Positions 1-9,739 of a stretch of DNA of 48,628 bases are shown in pieces. A program made the position numbers and the translations under genes. How positions within the stretch are numbered: the first letter of the stretch is position 1; the number at the start of each line of letters is the position of its first letter. The notes below the pieces were generated by a model that worked only from the letters and a program-made list of their open reading frames with translations, was not told where the DNA came from and made no database searches. The stretch comes from Pelagibacteraceae bacterium (GTDB taxonomy: Bacteria; Pseudomonadota; Alphaproteobacteria; GCA-002720895). Location: positions 1 through 48,628 of the forward strand of contig PBIP01000012.1 of assembly GCA_002720895.1 (NCBI GenBank), written 5' to 3'.

Positions 1-1004
1 TTAACCATTACAACACTTACAGCATATTCTTTTTCCCATTTTATCTTTGTTTTTTTTATTTTTTTATTAACACAATTAATTAATATTTTTAATAAATCTG
101 ATTTCAGTAAAAAAATTAAGGGCTGACATTCTGGATCACCAAAACGTACATTATATTCAATTAAATAGATTTTATTTTTTACTAACATTAGCCCAGCGTA
201 TAGAATTCCATTAAAAGATCTTTTTTCTTTATTCATTGCTTTTATTGTTGGTTCAATTATTTTTTTATTAATTTTATTTTGAATATTTTGTTTTAAGTAT
301 GGAAGAGGGCAATAAGCTCCCATACCACCTGTATTTGGGCCTTTATCATTTTCATAAATTTTTTTATGATCTTGTGACAATAAAAGAGGAATATAATTTT
401 TTCCATCTACTAAAGCTAAACAACTTATTTCTTCTCCTATAAGATAATCTTCTATAACTACTTCTTTACCTGATTTACCAAACTCTTTTTTTACCATTAT
501 ATTTCTTAAAGTATTTTTTGCTTCAAATTTATTTTTTACTATAAAAACTCCTTTCCCACCTGCTAATCCACTGGCTTTAATTACAGTAGGATATTTAATA
601 TTTTGAATATAGTTAATTGCATTATTAAAGTTCTTAAATTTTTTATAATTTGCAGTTGGTATATTATTTCTTTTACAGAAGTCTTTAGTAAAACTTTTTG
701 ATGATTCTAAAATTGATGCTTTTTTATTTGGTCCAAAAGTTTTAATTTTTAATTTATTAAGTTTATCGACAATTCCATTTACAAGCGGTTCTTCAGGTCC
801 AACAACTACAAAATTAATTTTTTTTTCTTTAATAAATTTTTTTATGTAACTAAAATTACTTATTTTGATGTTTTTACATTCAGCTACCTCTTTAATACCT
901 GCATTACCTGGAATGCAATATAATTTTTCACATAATGGAGATTTAGATATTGCCCAACATAAAGCATGTTCTCTTCCACCAGATCCTAAAACTAAAACTT
1001 TCAA
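1..1004 (-). CDS. purD: phosphoribosylamine--glycine ligase (GAR synthetase), N-terminal ~334 codons; 3' end lies beyond the window start
   Basis: Absent from the ORF track because it has a TTG start and runs off the window. My minus-strand translation from TTG at 1004-1002 reads LKVLVLGSGGREHALCWAISKSPLCEKLYCIPGNAGIKEVAECKN...FVVVGPEEPLV...GPNTGGMGAYCP, the canonical PurD N-terminus and ATP-grasp core. The frame stays open to base 1. Confidence 0.85.
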   Translation of the reverse strand, partial: MKVLVLGSGGREHALCWAISKSPLCEKLYCIPGNAGIKEVAECKNIKISNFSYIKKFIKEKKINFVVVGPEEPLVNGIVDKLNKLKIKTFGPNKKASILESSKSFTKDFCKRNNIPTANYKKFKNFNNAINYIQNIKYPTVIKASGLAGGKGVFIVKNKFEAKNTLRNIMVKKEFGKSGKEVVIEDYLIGEEISCLALVDGKNYIPLLLSQDHKKIYENDKGPNTGGMGAYCPLPYLKQNIQNKINKKIIEPTIKAMNKEKRSFNGILYAGLMLVKNKIYLIEYNVRFGDPECQPLIFLLKSDLLKILINCVNKKIKKTKIKWEKEYAVSVVMV

Positions 1005-1061
1005 TTTAATTTATTTATATATTATTTTTTTTATATAACATTTATCATAATTATAAATAAA

Positions 1062-2294
1062 ATGACTGACAATAGATTAATAGATAAATTAGATAACGAC
1101 AATATTCCAGTATTTAATGTTTCAGAAATAACTGATGAGATACGTAATTTATTAGAAGATAATTATCCTTATTTAAAAATTAAAGGAGAAATATCAGGAG
1201 TTACTAAAGCTAAAAGTGGCCATGTTTATTTAACATTAAAAGATGAAAAAAATAATATTAGTGCAGTTATTTGGGCAGGGATATTAAAAGATTTACTTAT
1301 TCAACCAAAAAATGGCGATGAAGTTATCTGCTCAGGAAGAATAACAACTTTTACAAGGTATTCATCAAATTATAATTTAATTATTGATGCGATAGCTTAT
1401 GAGGGAGAAGGACAACTTGAAAAAAAGAAAGAAGAACTTAGAAAAAAATTAGAAAAAGAAGGCTTGTTTGATGAAAAATATAAAAAAAAGATTCCTTTTA
1501 TTCCTAATTTAATTGGAATAATAACTTCTAAATCAGGAGCGGTAAGATATGAAATGGATGATACTATAAATGAAAGGTTTCCAGTTAAAAGAGAATTATA
1601 CCCAGTATCAGTACAAGGAAAAGCGGCAGTAAGAGAAATTATATCTGCAATAGAATATTTTAATAATAGAAAAATTAAAGGTATAAAAGCTGATGTTTTA
1701 ATTATTGCAAGAGGAGGAGGAAGTATAGAAGATTTATGGTGTTTTAATGATGAAGAAATATGTAGAGCTGTGTTTAATTCGAAAATACCTATAATTTCAG
1801 CAATTGGTCACGCACCTGATACAACTTTAATAGACTATGTTGCAGATTGTTCAGCAGCTACGCCTACTGAGGCAGCTGTTATTGTAGTGCCTATAAAAAA
1901 AGAATTGATAGAAAAACTAAATAAAATTTTTAAAAGATTTAATAAAGCAATATCTGATTTTCTAAATGAAAAAAGTAAAAATTTACAATTAAATTTTTCT
2001 AAATTAAAAACTCCATATCAAATATACGATCAAAAACAAAAAGAATATATTCAAAATATAAAAAGATTTGAAAATTCAGTAAAATTTAATGTTGAAAATA
2101 AAAAAAGTAAGTTAAAGAGTTTAACTAGCCAACTCGAAATTGCTTCACCAAGAAATATTTTAAAAAGAGGATATGTATATGTGAAAAATTTAAAAAACGA
2201 TTCTTATTTAAAAAGTATTAATGATATTAATGGTGAAATAAATATAAAAATTGGATTTCATGATGGAATTATTAAAGCAACTACAAAAAAATAG
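1062..2294 (+). CDS. xseA: exodeoxyribonuclease VII large subunit
   Basis: 410-aa ORF with an OB-fold-like N-terminus (VSEITDEIRNLLE...IKGEISG...SGHVYLTLKD). It also has the catalytic-core motif IIARGGGSIEDLWCFNDE typical of XseA. Confidence 0.9.
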   Translation: MTDNRLIDKLDNDNIPVFNVSEITDEIRNLLEDNYPYLKIKGEISGVTKAKSGHVYLTLKDEKNNISAVIWAGILKDLLIQPKNGDEVICSGRITTFTRYSSNYNLIIDAIAYEGEGQLEKKKEELRKKLEKEGLFDEKYKKKIPFIPNLIGIITSKSGAVRYEMDDTINERFPVKRELYPVSVQGKAAVREIISAIEYFNNRKIKGIKADVLIIARGGGSIEDLWCFNDEEICRAVFNSKIPIISAIGHAPDTTLIDYVADCSAATPTEAAVIVVPIKKELIEKLNKIFKRFNKAISDFLNEKSKNLQLNFSKLKTPYQIYDQKQKEYIQNIKRFENSVKFNVENKKSKLKSLTSQLEIASPRNILKRGYVYVKNLKNDSYLKSINDINGEINIKIGFHDGIIKATTKK

Positions 2295-3114
2295 TTTTTT
2301 TTTATTTTTCTTAATTTTTTTTTTCGCTTCTGATAATTCTTTAGCTAAAATTTTTTCAAATAATTTAGAACTTAATGGTAGTTTTACTCAGGGAGGTCTT
2401 TTATTTGGAAAAACTAATTCTAAAAATAAAGTTATTTTTAAAGATAAAAATATTTTTGTTAATGATAATGGAGATTTTATTTTAGCTATAGGAAGGGATA
2501 ATGAATTAGAGAATTCAATTATTATTCAAGGAATAGAAAAAAAAGAAATACATAAAATTAAAATTTCTAAAAGAAAATATAAAATACAAAGAATAGACGG
2601 ATTGCCAAAAAATAAAGTCACACCAAATGAACAAGAAATGAAAAGAATAAAAAAAGAGTCAAAAAAAATTAAAAACTCGAAAAATATGTTTCTTAATGAG
2701 ACTCTATATAAAAGTGGATTTATTTGGCCAGTAAAAGGAATAATAACTGGTAAATATGGAAATCAAAGAATTTTAAATGGAAAACCAAGAAGACCACATT
2801 ATGGATTAGATATAGCTGCTAAATCTGGTACAAAAATAGTTTCTCCTTCTGATGCAAAGGTAACTTTAATCATGGAAGATAGTTTTTTTAATGGAAAAAT
2901 GATAATTTTAAATCATGGATTGGGAATGAATTCTATATATTCTCATTTAAAAAAAATAAATGTAAAGGAAGGAGATAAAATTAAAAAAGGAGATTTAATT
3001 GCAGAAGTAGGTAGCACTGGCAGATCAACGGGCCCACATTTAGATTGGAGAATAAATATTTATAGTGTTGCAATCGATCCTGAATTATTATTATTAAACC
3101 AACCTGATTTTTAA
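2251..3114 (+). CDS. M23/LytM family metallopeptidase (secreted)
   Basis: Hydrophobic signal-like N-terminus (FFLFFLIFFFASDNSLA). C-terminal M23 motifs are present: HYGLDIAA, NHGLGMNSIYSHL, GSTGRSTGPHLDW. The start is uncertain; ATGs at about 2260-2265 would reduce the 44-nt overlap with xseA. Confidence 0.85.
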   Translation: MDFMMELLKQLQKNSFFLFFLIFFFASDNSLAKIFSNNLELNGSFTQGGLLFGKTNSKNKVIFKDKNIFVNDNGDFILAIGRDNELENSIIIQGIEKKEIHKIKISKRKYKIQRIDGLPKNKVTPNEQEMKRIKKESKKIKNSKNMFLNETLYKSGFIWPVKGIITGKYGNQRILNGKPRRPHYGLDIAAKSGTKIVSPSDAKVTLIMEDSFFNGKMIILNHGLGMNSIYSHLKKINVKEGDKIKKGDLIAEVGSTGRSTGPHLDWRINIYSVAIDPELLLLNQPDF

Positions 3115-3983
3115 TTTTGCCATCTTCTATGTAACCATAACCATTGATCAGGGTTTTTTCTTATCCATTTTTCTAATATAAAATTAACTTCAGTCATTAT
3201 TTGTAAAGGAGTTTTTTTTTTCCCATTTTTAGTAATTCTAAGTGGATTATGAAATGTAATTTTAAAACTAGTATTTCTTATTCTTTCAACTTCAACTGGA
3301 ATAACTAAAGATTTTATTCTAAGACATAATTGAGCTAAAGCATCCGAAGTCATTGCGGGTTTATTAAAAAATGGTACTTTCATACCATCATTCATCTTTT
3401 GATCAATTACTAATCCTATACTTGTTCCTTTTTTTAAAGAACGAATTAATTGTTTTGCGCCTTCTTTCCCTTTAGGAGCCATAGGTAAATTTGATCTTAA
3501 ATATTTTATAAGAAAATTCACAAAAGGATTATTAGGTTCTCTAAAAATTGATAAAACTGGAACATCATTTCTTATAGCTGCAATTGGTGAAATTTCCCAA
3601 TTTGCTATATGACCTGAAAAAAAAATTGCTGGTATCTTACTTTTCTTTATAAGTTCTAAATTTTTTTTTCCACATACTTCTATTTTATTATTTTTTTCTG
3701 GATCTAATTTTGATAAATGGGGGTATTCTCCAAATACTTTTCCAAGATTTTCCCACATCCCTTTTATTATTTGCAATGATTGCTCTTCGTTTTTTTCTGG
3801 CATTACATATTTAATATTATTATATGCTTTTTTCGAAATACCTAGTTTTGGGCCGACAATTGAAGCTAATTTTCCCATTAAAAAAGAAGATAAGTTTAAT
3901 GGTAAAATTTTTAAAAAAATAAATAAAAGTGAAAGTAATATACTTTCAATGAAATAAATTATTTTTTTTTTAATTTTAAACAA
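3111..3983 (-). CDS. lipid A biosynthesis lauroyl/late acyltransferase family protein (LpxL/HtrB-like)
   Basis: 290-aa ORF with an N-terminal membrane anchor, the acyltransferase motif FFSGHIANWE (H-x4-E variant) and the C-terminal PDQWLWLHRRW typical of the LpxL family. It neighbours lpxK. The tracked start is a TTG, so the true start is uncertain. Confidence 0.75.
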   Translation of the reverse strand: MFKIKKKIIYFIESILLSLLFIFLKILPLNLSSFLMGKLASIVGPKLGISKKAYNNIKYVMPEKNEEQSLQIIKGMWENLGKVFGEYPHLSKLDPEKNNKIEVCGKKNLELIKKSKIPAIFFSGHIANWEISPIAAIRNDVPVLSIFREPNNPFVNFLIKYLRSNLPMAPKGKEGAKQLIRSLKKGTSIGLVIDQKMNDGMKVPFFNKPAMTSDALAQLCLRIKSLVIPVEVERIRNTSFKITFHNPLRITKNGKKKTPLQIMTEVNFILEKWIRKNPDQWLWLHRRWQN

Positions 3984-4336
3984 TTTTCTTTTTTTTTAAA
4001 AAATCAATTAAAGTTTTTTCTTTTTTCAATTTTATTTCTAAATCCATAAAAAAAATTTGTTTTCTTTGTTTATAATTTATTCTTTGTTTATCTTTCAAAG
4101 TAGAAACAAGTATAGAATTATTTTTTTTTGCTTCATTTATGAGATTATTAATTATTTTTTTATTGTATATAAAATGATCTGGAAATGAAAAAAATTTTAC
4201 AACATTTAATTTTTTTTCTTTTAAAGAATTATGAAATTTTTCCGGTATTCCAATTCCAGTAAATGCAACTATTTTTTTATTTTTTAAATTTTTGTAATTA
4301 ATTATTTTGAATTCGCCATGAATAATAGTTTTTTTT
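3976..4336 (-). other. lpxK: out-of-frame 3' continuation of lpxK (conserved C-terminal domain, no start codon of its own)
   Basis: My minus-strand translation, offset one base from the 4337..4993 ORF, gives TIIHGEFKIINYKNLKNKKIVAFTGIGIPEKFHNSLKEKKLNVVKFFSFPDHFIYNKKIINNLINEAKKNNSILVSTLKDKQRI...KKKIV, ending at TAA 3976-3978. The AFTGIG-PEKF...F-DH-Y pattern is the LpxK C-terminal region. This frame is open from 4386 downward and has no ATG, GTG or TTG ahead of the domain. Confidence 0.75.
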
Positions 4337-4993
4337 TTATCTTTTATTTTTTTTTTTAATATTGTTTTTATCTTTATTAAAAAAAATTAATAAATCAGAC
4401 TTTTTAATTCCAGAATTTATAGATTCTCTTAAAGGACCTGCAGGTAGAATAAATTCATTTCCGAATCCAAACCCTCCATCTACTACTAATATTTTTAAAT
4501 TTTGATGAATAGAATAATTCTGTAAAGCATCATCTAGAATAATTATATCTGCCCCATTTAATGTCGCTTTCAAGGCACCTTCAAATCTATTCTTTGAAAT
4601 CCAAGTAGTTGCTTTTTCTGCTAGTAACAACGCTTCATCTCCTACATCGTTAAAAGTATGTTTTTTAGTATTTACTTTTATTGGACCATTTAGTTTACCA
4701 AGATATCCTCTAGTTATTACATGAACATTTTTTTTTTTCTTTTTTAAAATATTTATTAAATGCATTACAAAAGGAGTTTTTCCAGTCCCTCCTGTATTAA
4801 TATTTCCAACACAAATGACTGGTATTCCTATAGTTCTTTTTTTTTTTAATTTTTTATTAATCTTTGAAACTAGAAAATATAAGAAACTAAGTGGTAGTAA
4901 AATACTAATAATTATTTTTTGTAAAATACTACCCTTTTTTTTCCAAAAGGATGGATATCCAGATTTAAAAAATATTAAAAGTTTTTGTAACAA
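4337..4993 (-). CDS. lpxK: tetraacyldisaccharide 4'-kinase, N-terminal two thirds (reading frame interrupted; see finding)
   Basis: 218-aa ORF with an N-terminal membrane helix, P-loop GNINTGGTGKTP, and DDALQ / LPAGPLRE motifs of LpxK. It is about 100-120 aa shorter than normal LpxK, and the missing part follows in another frame. Confidence 0.85.
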   Translation of the reverse strand: MLQKLLIFFKSGYPSFWKKKGSILQKIIISILLPLSFLYFLVSKINKKLKKKRTIGIPVICVGNINTGGTGKTPFVMHLINILKKKKKNVHVITRGYLGKLNGPIKVNTKKHTFNDVGDEALLLAEKATTWISKNRFEGALKATLNGADIIILDDALQNYSIHQNLKILVVDGGFGFGNEFILPAGPLRESINSGIKKSDLLIFFNKDKNNIKKKNKR

Positions 4994-5003
4994 TTTTTAA
5001 TTA

Positions 5004-5684
5004 TTAATTTTTTTTTTTAACAAATTTATCAGCATCTTCAGTTAATTTTATAAGTATTTTTTCTAAATTTTTAGATAATATTAGATCTTCATTTATATTG
5101 ATCTTTTTTTTAATTTTAATAGGTTTTCCCCAAATAAAACAACCTTTATTAAACGGATATGCTAATAAAAATCTATCCCAACTATTTAAGAATTTTTTTC
5201 TTTTTACAGAATAAGATAAAGGAAGAATTTTATACCCAGTTAGACTTGCAATTTTAATAATCGCTGAGTTCACTTTCATTCTTGGACCCCTAGGACCATC
5301 AGGTGTCATGCCTACAGAAATTCCCGATTTAAGTGATTTAATAATGTTTCTAATAGCCTCAGAACCTCCTTTAGATGATGAACCTGTAATTGTTTCTATA
5401 TTAAAATGTTTTACAGTACGTGATAATAATTGTCCATCTGAATGAGCGCTTATTAAAACATTAATTTTTTTTTCATTTTTCCAACTTAATGGCATCATTA
5501 ATAATCTGCCATGCCAAAAACAAAGTATAAAAGGTTCATTCTTTTTCCATAAATTTTTAATATATTTTTTATTAATAAATGACCATTTAGTTGTTTGTGC
5601 AACTAATTTTATATATTGTGCGCCAATCCAACATATAACACTATATGCAAATTTAGTTCTAAAAATTTTTTTGTAGTTTAGCAC
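5004..5684 (-). CDS. DUF374 / lysophospholipid acyltransferase family protein (LPS-cluster associated)
   Basis: 226-aa ORF with the motifs FWHGRLLMMP, SAHSDGQLLSR and TPDGPRGPR characteristic of DUF374 proteins. These usually sit beside waaA/lpxK/msbA in alphaproteobacteria. Confidence 0.75.
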   Translation of the reverse strand: MLNYKKIFRTKFAYSVICWIGAQYIKLVAQTTKWSFINKKYIKNLWKKNEPFILCFWHGRLLMMPLSWKNEKKINVLISAHSDGQLLSRTVKHFNIETITGSSSKGGSEAIRNIIKSLKSGISVGMTPDGPRGPRMKVNSAIIKIASLTGYKILPLSYSVKRKKFLNSWDRFLLAYPFNKGCFIWGKPIKIKKKININEDLILSKNLEKILIKLTEDADKFVKKKN

Positions 5685-5693
5685 TCGTTCAAA

Positions 5694-7502
5694 CTAATTT
5701 TTCTTATCTATATAGTCTTCTAATTTTACAATTTTATTTATCAAGCGAGCTTGGTTAGCGAATTGAAGTTTATATAATTTAGCATATAAACCTTTACTTT
5801 TCATCAAACTTTTATGATTGCCTTTTTCTAAAACCTTTCCATCATCAATTACATATATTAAATCTGCATCTAAAATTGTAGAAAGTCTATGAGCAATTAC
5901 TAAAGTTGTTTTATTTTTCATAAGTTCTTTAAGACTTTTTTGTATATCTTTTTCTGAATTTGAATCTAAAGATGATGTTGCTTCATCTAACAATAAAATC
6001 GGAGCATCTTTTAATATAGCTCTTGCAATTGCAATTTTTTGTCTTTGGCCACCAGATAATTGTATGCCATGTTCTCCAACTATTGATTTATACCCATTTT
6101 TAAAAGAAGAAATAAAATCATGTGCATCTGCTTTTTTTGCAGCTTCGAATAATTGTTTTTCTGTACAATTAAGATTTCCATAAGCAATATTTGCTTTAAT
6201 AGTGTCATCAAAAAGAGTTACTTCTTGACTTACTAAAGCTATTTTTTCTCTCAAACTTTGAATTTTATAATCTTTTATATTTTTTTTATCTATTATTATT
6301 TCACCATTATTTATGTCGTAAAATCTTGGAATTAAATTAAGAATAGTTGATTTTCCAGCACCTGTTTTCCCCACTAATGCTATAGTTTTTCCACCTTGGA
6401 TTTTCAAGTTAATTCCATTTAAAGCGTGAGAGGCTTTTGAATCATAAGAAAACTTAACTTTTTTAAATTCTATTTCACCTTTTTTGTGAATATAATCTTT
6501 TGCATTAATTGAATCGGATATTTCTGGTTTTTGATCAAGTAACTGGAATATTCTATCTGCAGCTGCAAGACCATCTTGTATATTTACATTAAAATTTGCT
6601 AATCTTTTCAATGGTTGGTAAGCCATAAGTAGTGCAGTAATAAATGAAAAAAAAGTACCAGGGGTAGTTGCTCCGCTTATAACTTTTGAACCACCATAAA
6701 AAATAACAAGTGCAATTGCAATACCACCTAAAGATTCAAGTATAGGTCTTGTTCTAGATCGAACTCTTACAGATTTGTAAATTAAATTAAATAAATCTTC
6801 TACAATTTTTTTTGCTCTTTTTTTTTCGTATTTTTGCATTGTATAAGCTTTAACATATCTAGCGCTTTGAAAAATTTGACTTAGTAAACTTGCAAAAGAA
6901 CCAATTTCATGTTGTGTAGAAGTCGATATTTTTCTTATTCTTCTTCCAATATAAAGTATTGGAAGTACTGCTGCAGGAAAAACAAAAAAAGCTATAATAG
7001 CTAAAAACCAATCTTGGTAAAACATTAAGGCTACTAAAAAAATTAATGTCATCGAATCTTTTGCAATACCTGTAAGTGCCGTTGACACTGAAGCTCTTAA
7101 TAAACCAACATCATATGTAAATCTTGATATTAATTTTCCTGAAGAATTTTTGTGGAAAAAATTTAAATCTGCTTTCATTAAATGTGAAAATAATCTATAT
7201 CTCACATCAGAAATAATTCTTTCTCCAGAATATTCCATGTAAATAGACTCTCCATAAGATGCCAATCCTTTTACAATGGCTATAGTCATGACAGCTAATG
7301 GAACTAAGAGTAATAATTCTGCATTTTTATTTAAAAATACTTCGTCTAGTACAGGCTGCATTAGCCAAGCGTTAGTAGCAGTTGAAGCCGCTACTATTGC
7401 CATACATATAGCAGCAATAAGCATTTTCCCAAAATAGGGCCTTACATGTTCTTTGATTAATCTTTTTACAAGTTTAATACTTCTTTCGTTTTTGTTTTCC
7501 AT
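5694..7502 (-). CDS. msbA: ABC transporter permease/ATPase fusion, lipid A exporter MsbA-like
   Basis: 602 aa with a six-helix exporter-type N-terminal domain. It has Walker A GKTGAGKST, signature LSGGQRQKIAIARA and Walker B ILLLDEATSSLD. The symbol rests on the lipid A gene neighbourhood. Confidence 0.8.
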   Translation of the reverse strand: MENKNERSIKLVKRLIKEHVRPYFGKMLIAAICMAIVAASTATNAWLMQPVLDEVFLNKNAELLLLVPLAVMTIAIVKGLASYGESIYMEYSGERIISDVRYRLFSHLMKADLNFFHKNSSGKLISRFTYDVGLLRASVSTALTGIAKDSMTLIFLVALMFYQDWFLAIIAFFVFPAAVLPILYIGRRIRKISTSTQHEIGSFASLLSQIFQSARYVKAYTMQKYEKKRAKKIVEDLFNLIYKSVRVRSRTRPILESLGGIAIALVIFYGGSKVISGATTPGTFFSFITALLMAYQPLKRLANFNVNIQDGLAAADRIFQLLDQKPEISDSINAKDYIHKKGEIEFKKVKFSYDSKASHALNGINLKIQGGKTIALVGKTGAGKSTILNLIPRFYDINNGEIIIDKKNIKDYKIQSLREKIALVSQEVTLFDDTIKANIAYGNLNCTEKQLFEAAKKADAHDFISSFKNGYKSIVGEHGIQLSGGQRQKIAIARAILKDAPILLLDEATSSLDSNSEKDIQKSLKELMKNKTTLVIAHRLSTILDADLIYVIDDGKVLEKGNHKSLMKSKGLYAKLYKLQFANQARLINKIVKLEDYIDKKN

Positions 7503-7507
7503 AAATA

Positions 7508-8845
7508 TTAACCAGCTACGATCATATCTTCAATTAACATTGTAGGAGAATTAAATCCTTGTTTAAATTTTAAATCATCAGCTAAAGTCATTTTTTTAAA
7601 CATTTCATTTAAATTATCTGCAATAGTAATTCCATTAATTGGATATGTTATTTCTCCTTTATCAATCCAAAAACCTGAGCCCCCTCTACTATAATCACCA
7701 TTTATTAAATTTACACTTGAACCCATTAATTCTGTTACATATACACCTTTTTTAATATTACCAATTAAATTTTTTGGTGTAATATTTCCAGGTTCAAAAA
7801 AAAGATTAGTTGGGCTTGGGGAAGGAGGGCTTGAAATACCTCTACTTGCATGACCTGTAGACTTAAGATTTAATTGATTAGCAGTAGAAAGATCTAAAAA
7901 CCAAGATTTAAGTTCACCATTATCTATTATATTTATTTTTTTAGTTATTAAACCTTCTCCATCAAATGGCTTTGATTGTAATCCTTTTATTTTTAAAGGG
8001 TCATCTATAATATTAATTTCACTAGAAAATATTTTTTTATTAAGTTTCTTTTTTAAAAAACTAGTACCTCTAGTTATAGAATTACCATTTAACGCTGTTG
8101 AAAGATGTCTTAAAAAACTATTTGCAACTCTTGGAGAAAAAATAACTGGTATTTTAGATGTTTTTATTTTTTTAGGATTTAATCTTTTTACTGCAAGTTC
8201 ACCTGCTCTTCTTCCAACTTTACTAGTTTTTTCTAAATCTTTTTCAAAAACACTACTAGCAAACTCATATTCTCTTTCCATTGATGTGCCACTACCTGCA
8301 ATTAAAACAGCATAAATACTATAACTTGAAGATTCGTAATTAACATTTAGACCGTTACTATTAAATAAAAAAACTTTTGATCTGTTCCATCCAATTTCTG
8401 CACCTTCAGAATTTGATACACCTTTAACATTTAAACCAGCTTTTTCTGCCTCAATTACTTTGTTTTTCAAAGAATTAATAGACGGTTCTTTTATATCTAA
8501 AATTTTTAGATTAGGTACTTTTCTAATAATCTCACTTTTTTTTGCTATTTTACAATTTGGATCTTTTGGGATAGCAGAAACCATTTTTGAAGCTTTTTCT
8601 ACAAGTTCTTCAAGACTTTCTTTATTTAAATCATTTGTTGAAATAATAACTTGCTTTTTATTCTTAATATAACGAAGTCCTAGATCATTACTTTCTGATC
8701 TTTCTAATTTTTCAATTTTTTTTAATCTACAACCAACGTCAATATTAGCATTTTCAACATACACAACATCAACATCATCAGCGCCTTTTTTTTTTGATTT
8801 TTTAATTAAAAAATTGGCTTTTTCATTTATTTGTGATTTATTCAT
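7508..8845 (-). CDS. pmbA: metalloprotease PmbA/TldE
   Basis: 445-aa ORF of the PmbA_TldD family, with C-terminal GDYSRGGSGFWI and PTMLIEDMIVAG. It lacks the HExxH found in the TldD paralogue, consistent with PmbA. Confidence 0.85.
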   Translation of the reverse strand: MNKSQINEKANFLIKKSKKKGADDVDVVYVENANIDVGCRLKKIEKLERSESNDLGLRYIKNKKQVIISTNDLNKESLEELVEKASKMVSAIPKDPNCKIAKKSEIIRKVPNLKILDIKEPSINSLKNKVIEAEKAGLNVKGVSNSEGAEIGWNRSKVFLFNSNGLNVNYESSSYSIYAVLIAGSGTSMEREYEFASSVFEKDLEKTSKVGRRAGELAVKRLNPKKIKTSKIPVIFSPRVANSFLRHLSTALNGNSITRGTSFLKKKLNKKIFSSEINIIDDPLKIKGLQSKPFDGEGLITKKINIIDNGELKSWFLDLSTANQLNLKSTGHASRGISSPPSPSPTNLFFEPGNITPKNLIGNIKKGVYVTELMGSSVNLINGDYSRGGSGFWIDKGEITYPINGITIADNLNEMFKKMTLADDLKFKQGFNSPTMLIEDMIVAG

Positions 8846-8869
8846 TTTTTTAAAATTTATATATAAATA

Positions 8870-9733
8870 TTAAATATAGTTAAAAAGTAGGCCAAGTGTT
8901 ATAAAAAAACCATACCATGAGTTTATTTGAAATATTTTTGAACAAATATTTGAATTTAGTTTTTTAATTTTAAAAATTTTAAAAATAATTCCAAATGTAG
9001 ATAAAGTAAAAATAATAAAAAAGATTAAATTAAATTTATTAATAATTGCAATATAAGAAAAAACTATAAAAAACAATAAATAAAACATACTAGTCCAAAT
9101 TTTGAAGTTTTTTTCTAAATATATTGCTAATGATTTGACACCAATTTTTTTATCATCTTTTATATCTTGATATGCATAAATTGTATCATATCCTAAAGTC
9201 CAAAATATACATCCTAAATATAATATTATACTTTGTAATTCAAATGCACCTTTAGCTGCAGTCCATGAAATTAAAACACTAAAATTGAATACAATTGCTA
9301 AAAATAATTGAGGAGCATAAAAGAATCTTTTCATTAATGGATATAATAAAATTAAAGGAAAAACAAAAAGACCTAATAAAATTGATATTAAATTAAGCTG
9401 TAATAATATAGATAATCCAATAGATAGAAAAATTATACAAAGAAGTATCGCATCACTAATTTCCAATTGCCCAGATGCTAATGGTCTATCTTTTGTTCTT
9501 TTTACTTTTTTATCAAATTTTAAATCAATTATATCATTTATAATGCATCCCGCAGATCTCATAATAAAAGATCCGTAAATAAATAATAAAATTAAAAAAA
9601 GATTAATTTCTTCTTTTAATACAATTAAAATTGACCAAATAGCTGGAAAAGTTAATAACATAATCCCAGTTGGTTTGTTTATTCTTATTAGTAAGAGAAA
9701 ATTTTTTAAGTAATATAAAATATATTTAAACAT
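8870..9733 (-). CDS. ubiA: 4-hydroxybenzoate polyprenyltransferase
   Basis: 287-aa polytopic membrane protein with the UbiA prenyltransferase motif NDIIDLKFDKKVKRTKDRPLASG and a second Asp-rich region YAYQDIKDDKKIG. Confidence 0.85.
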   Translation of the reverse strand: MFKYILYYLKNFLLLIRINKPTGIMLLTFPAIWSILIVLKEEINLFLILLFIYGSFIMRSAGCIINDIIDLKFDKKVKRTKDRPLASGQLEISDAILLCIIFLSIGLSILLQLNLISILLGLFVFPLILLYPLMKRFFYAPQLFLAIVFNFSVLISWTAAKGAFELQSIILYLGCIFWTLGYDTIYAYQDIKDDKKIGVKSLAIYLEKNFKIWTSMFYLLFFIVFSYIAIINKFNLIFFIIFTLSTFGIIFKIFKIKKLNSNICSKIFQINSWYGFFITLGLLFNYI

Positions 9734-9739
9734 AGAAAC

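Noticed and set aside
2251-2294. 44-nt overlap between xseA and the M23 peptidase, as a possible frameshift or fusion.
   Set aside because: Both proteins are complete by motif content. Downstream ATGs (about 2260-2265) precede the signal peptide, so the overlap is probably an over-extended start call.
4994-5003. Absence of waaA (kdtA) between the DUF374 gene and lpxK, where I recall it sitting in several alphaproteobacteria.
   Set aside because: This cannot be evaluated from one window. waaA may simply be elsewhere in the genome, and there is no remnant sequence here (a 10-nt gap).
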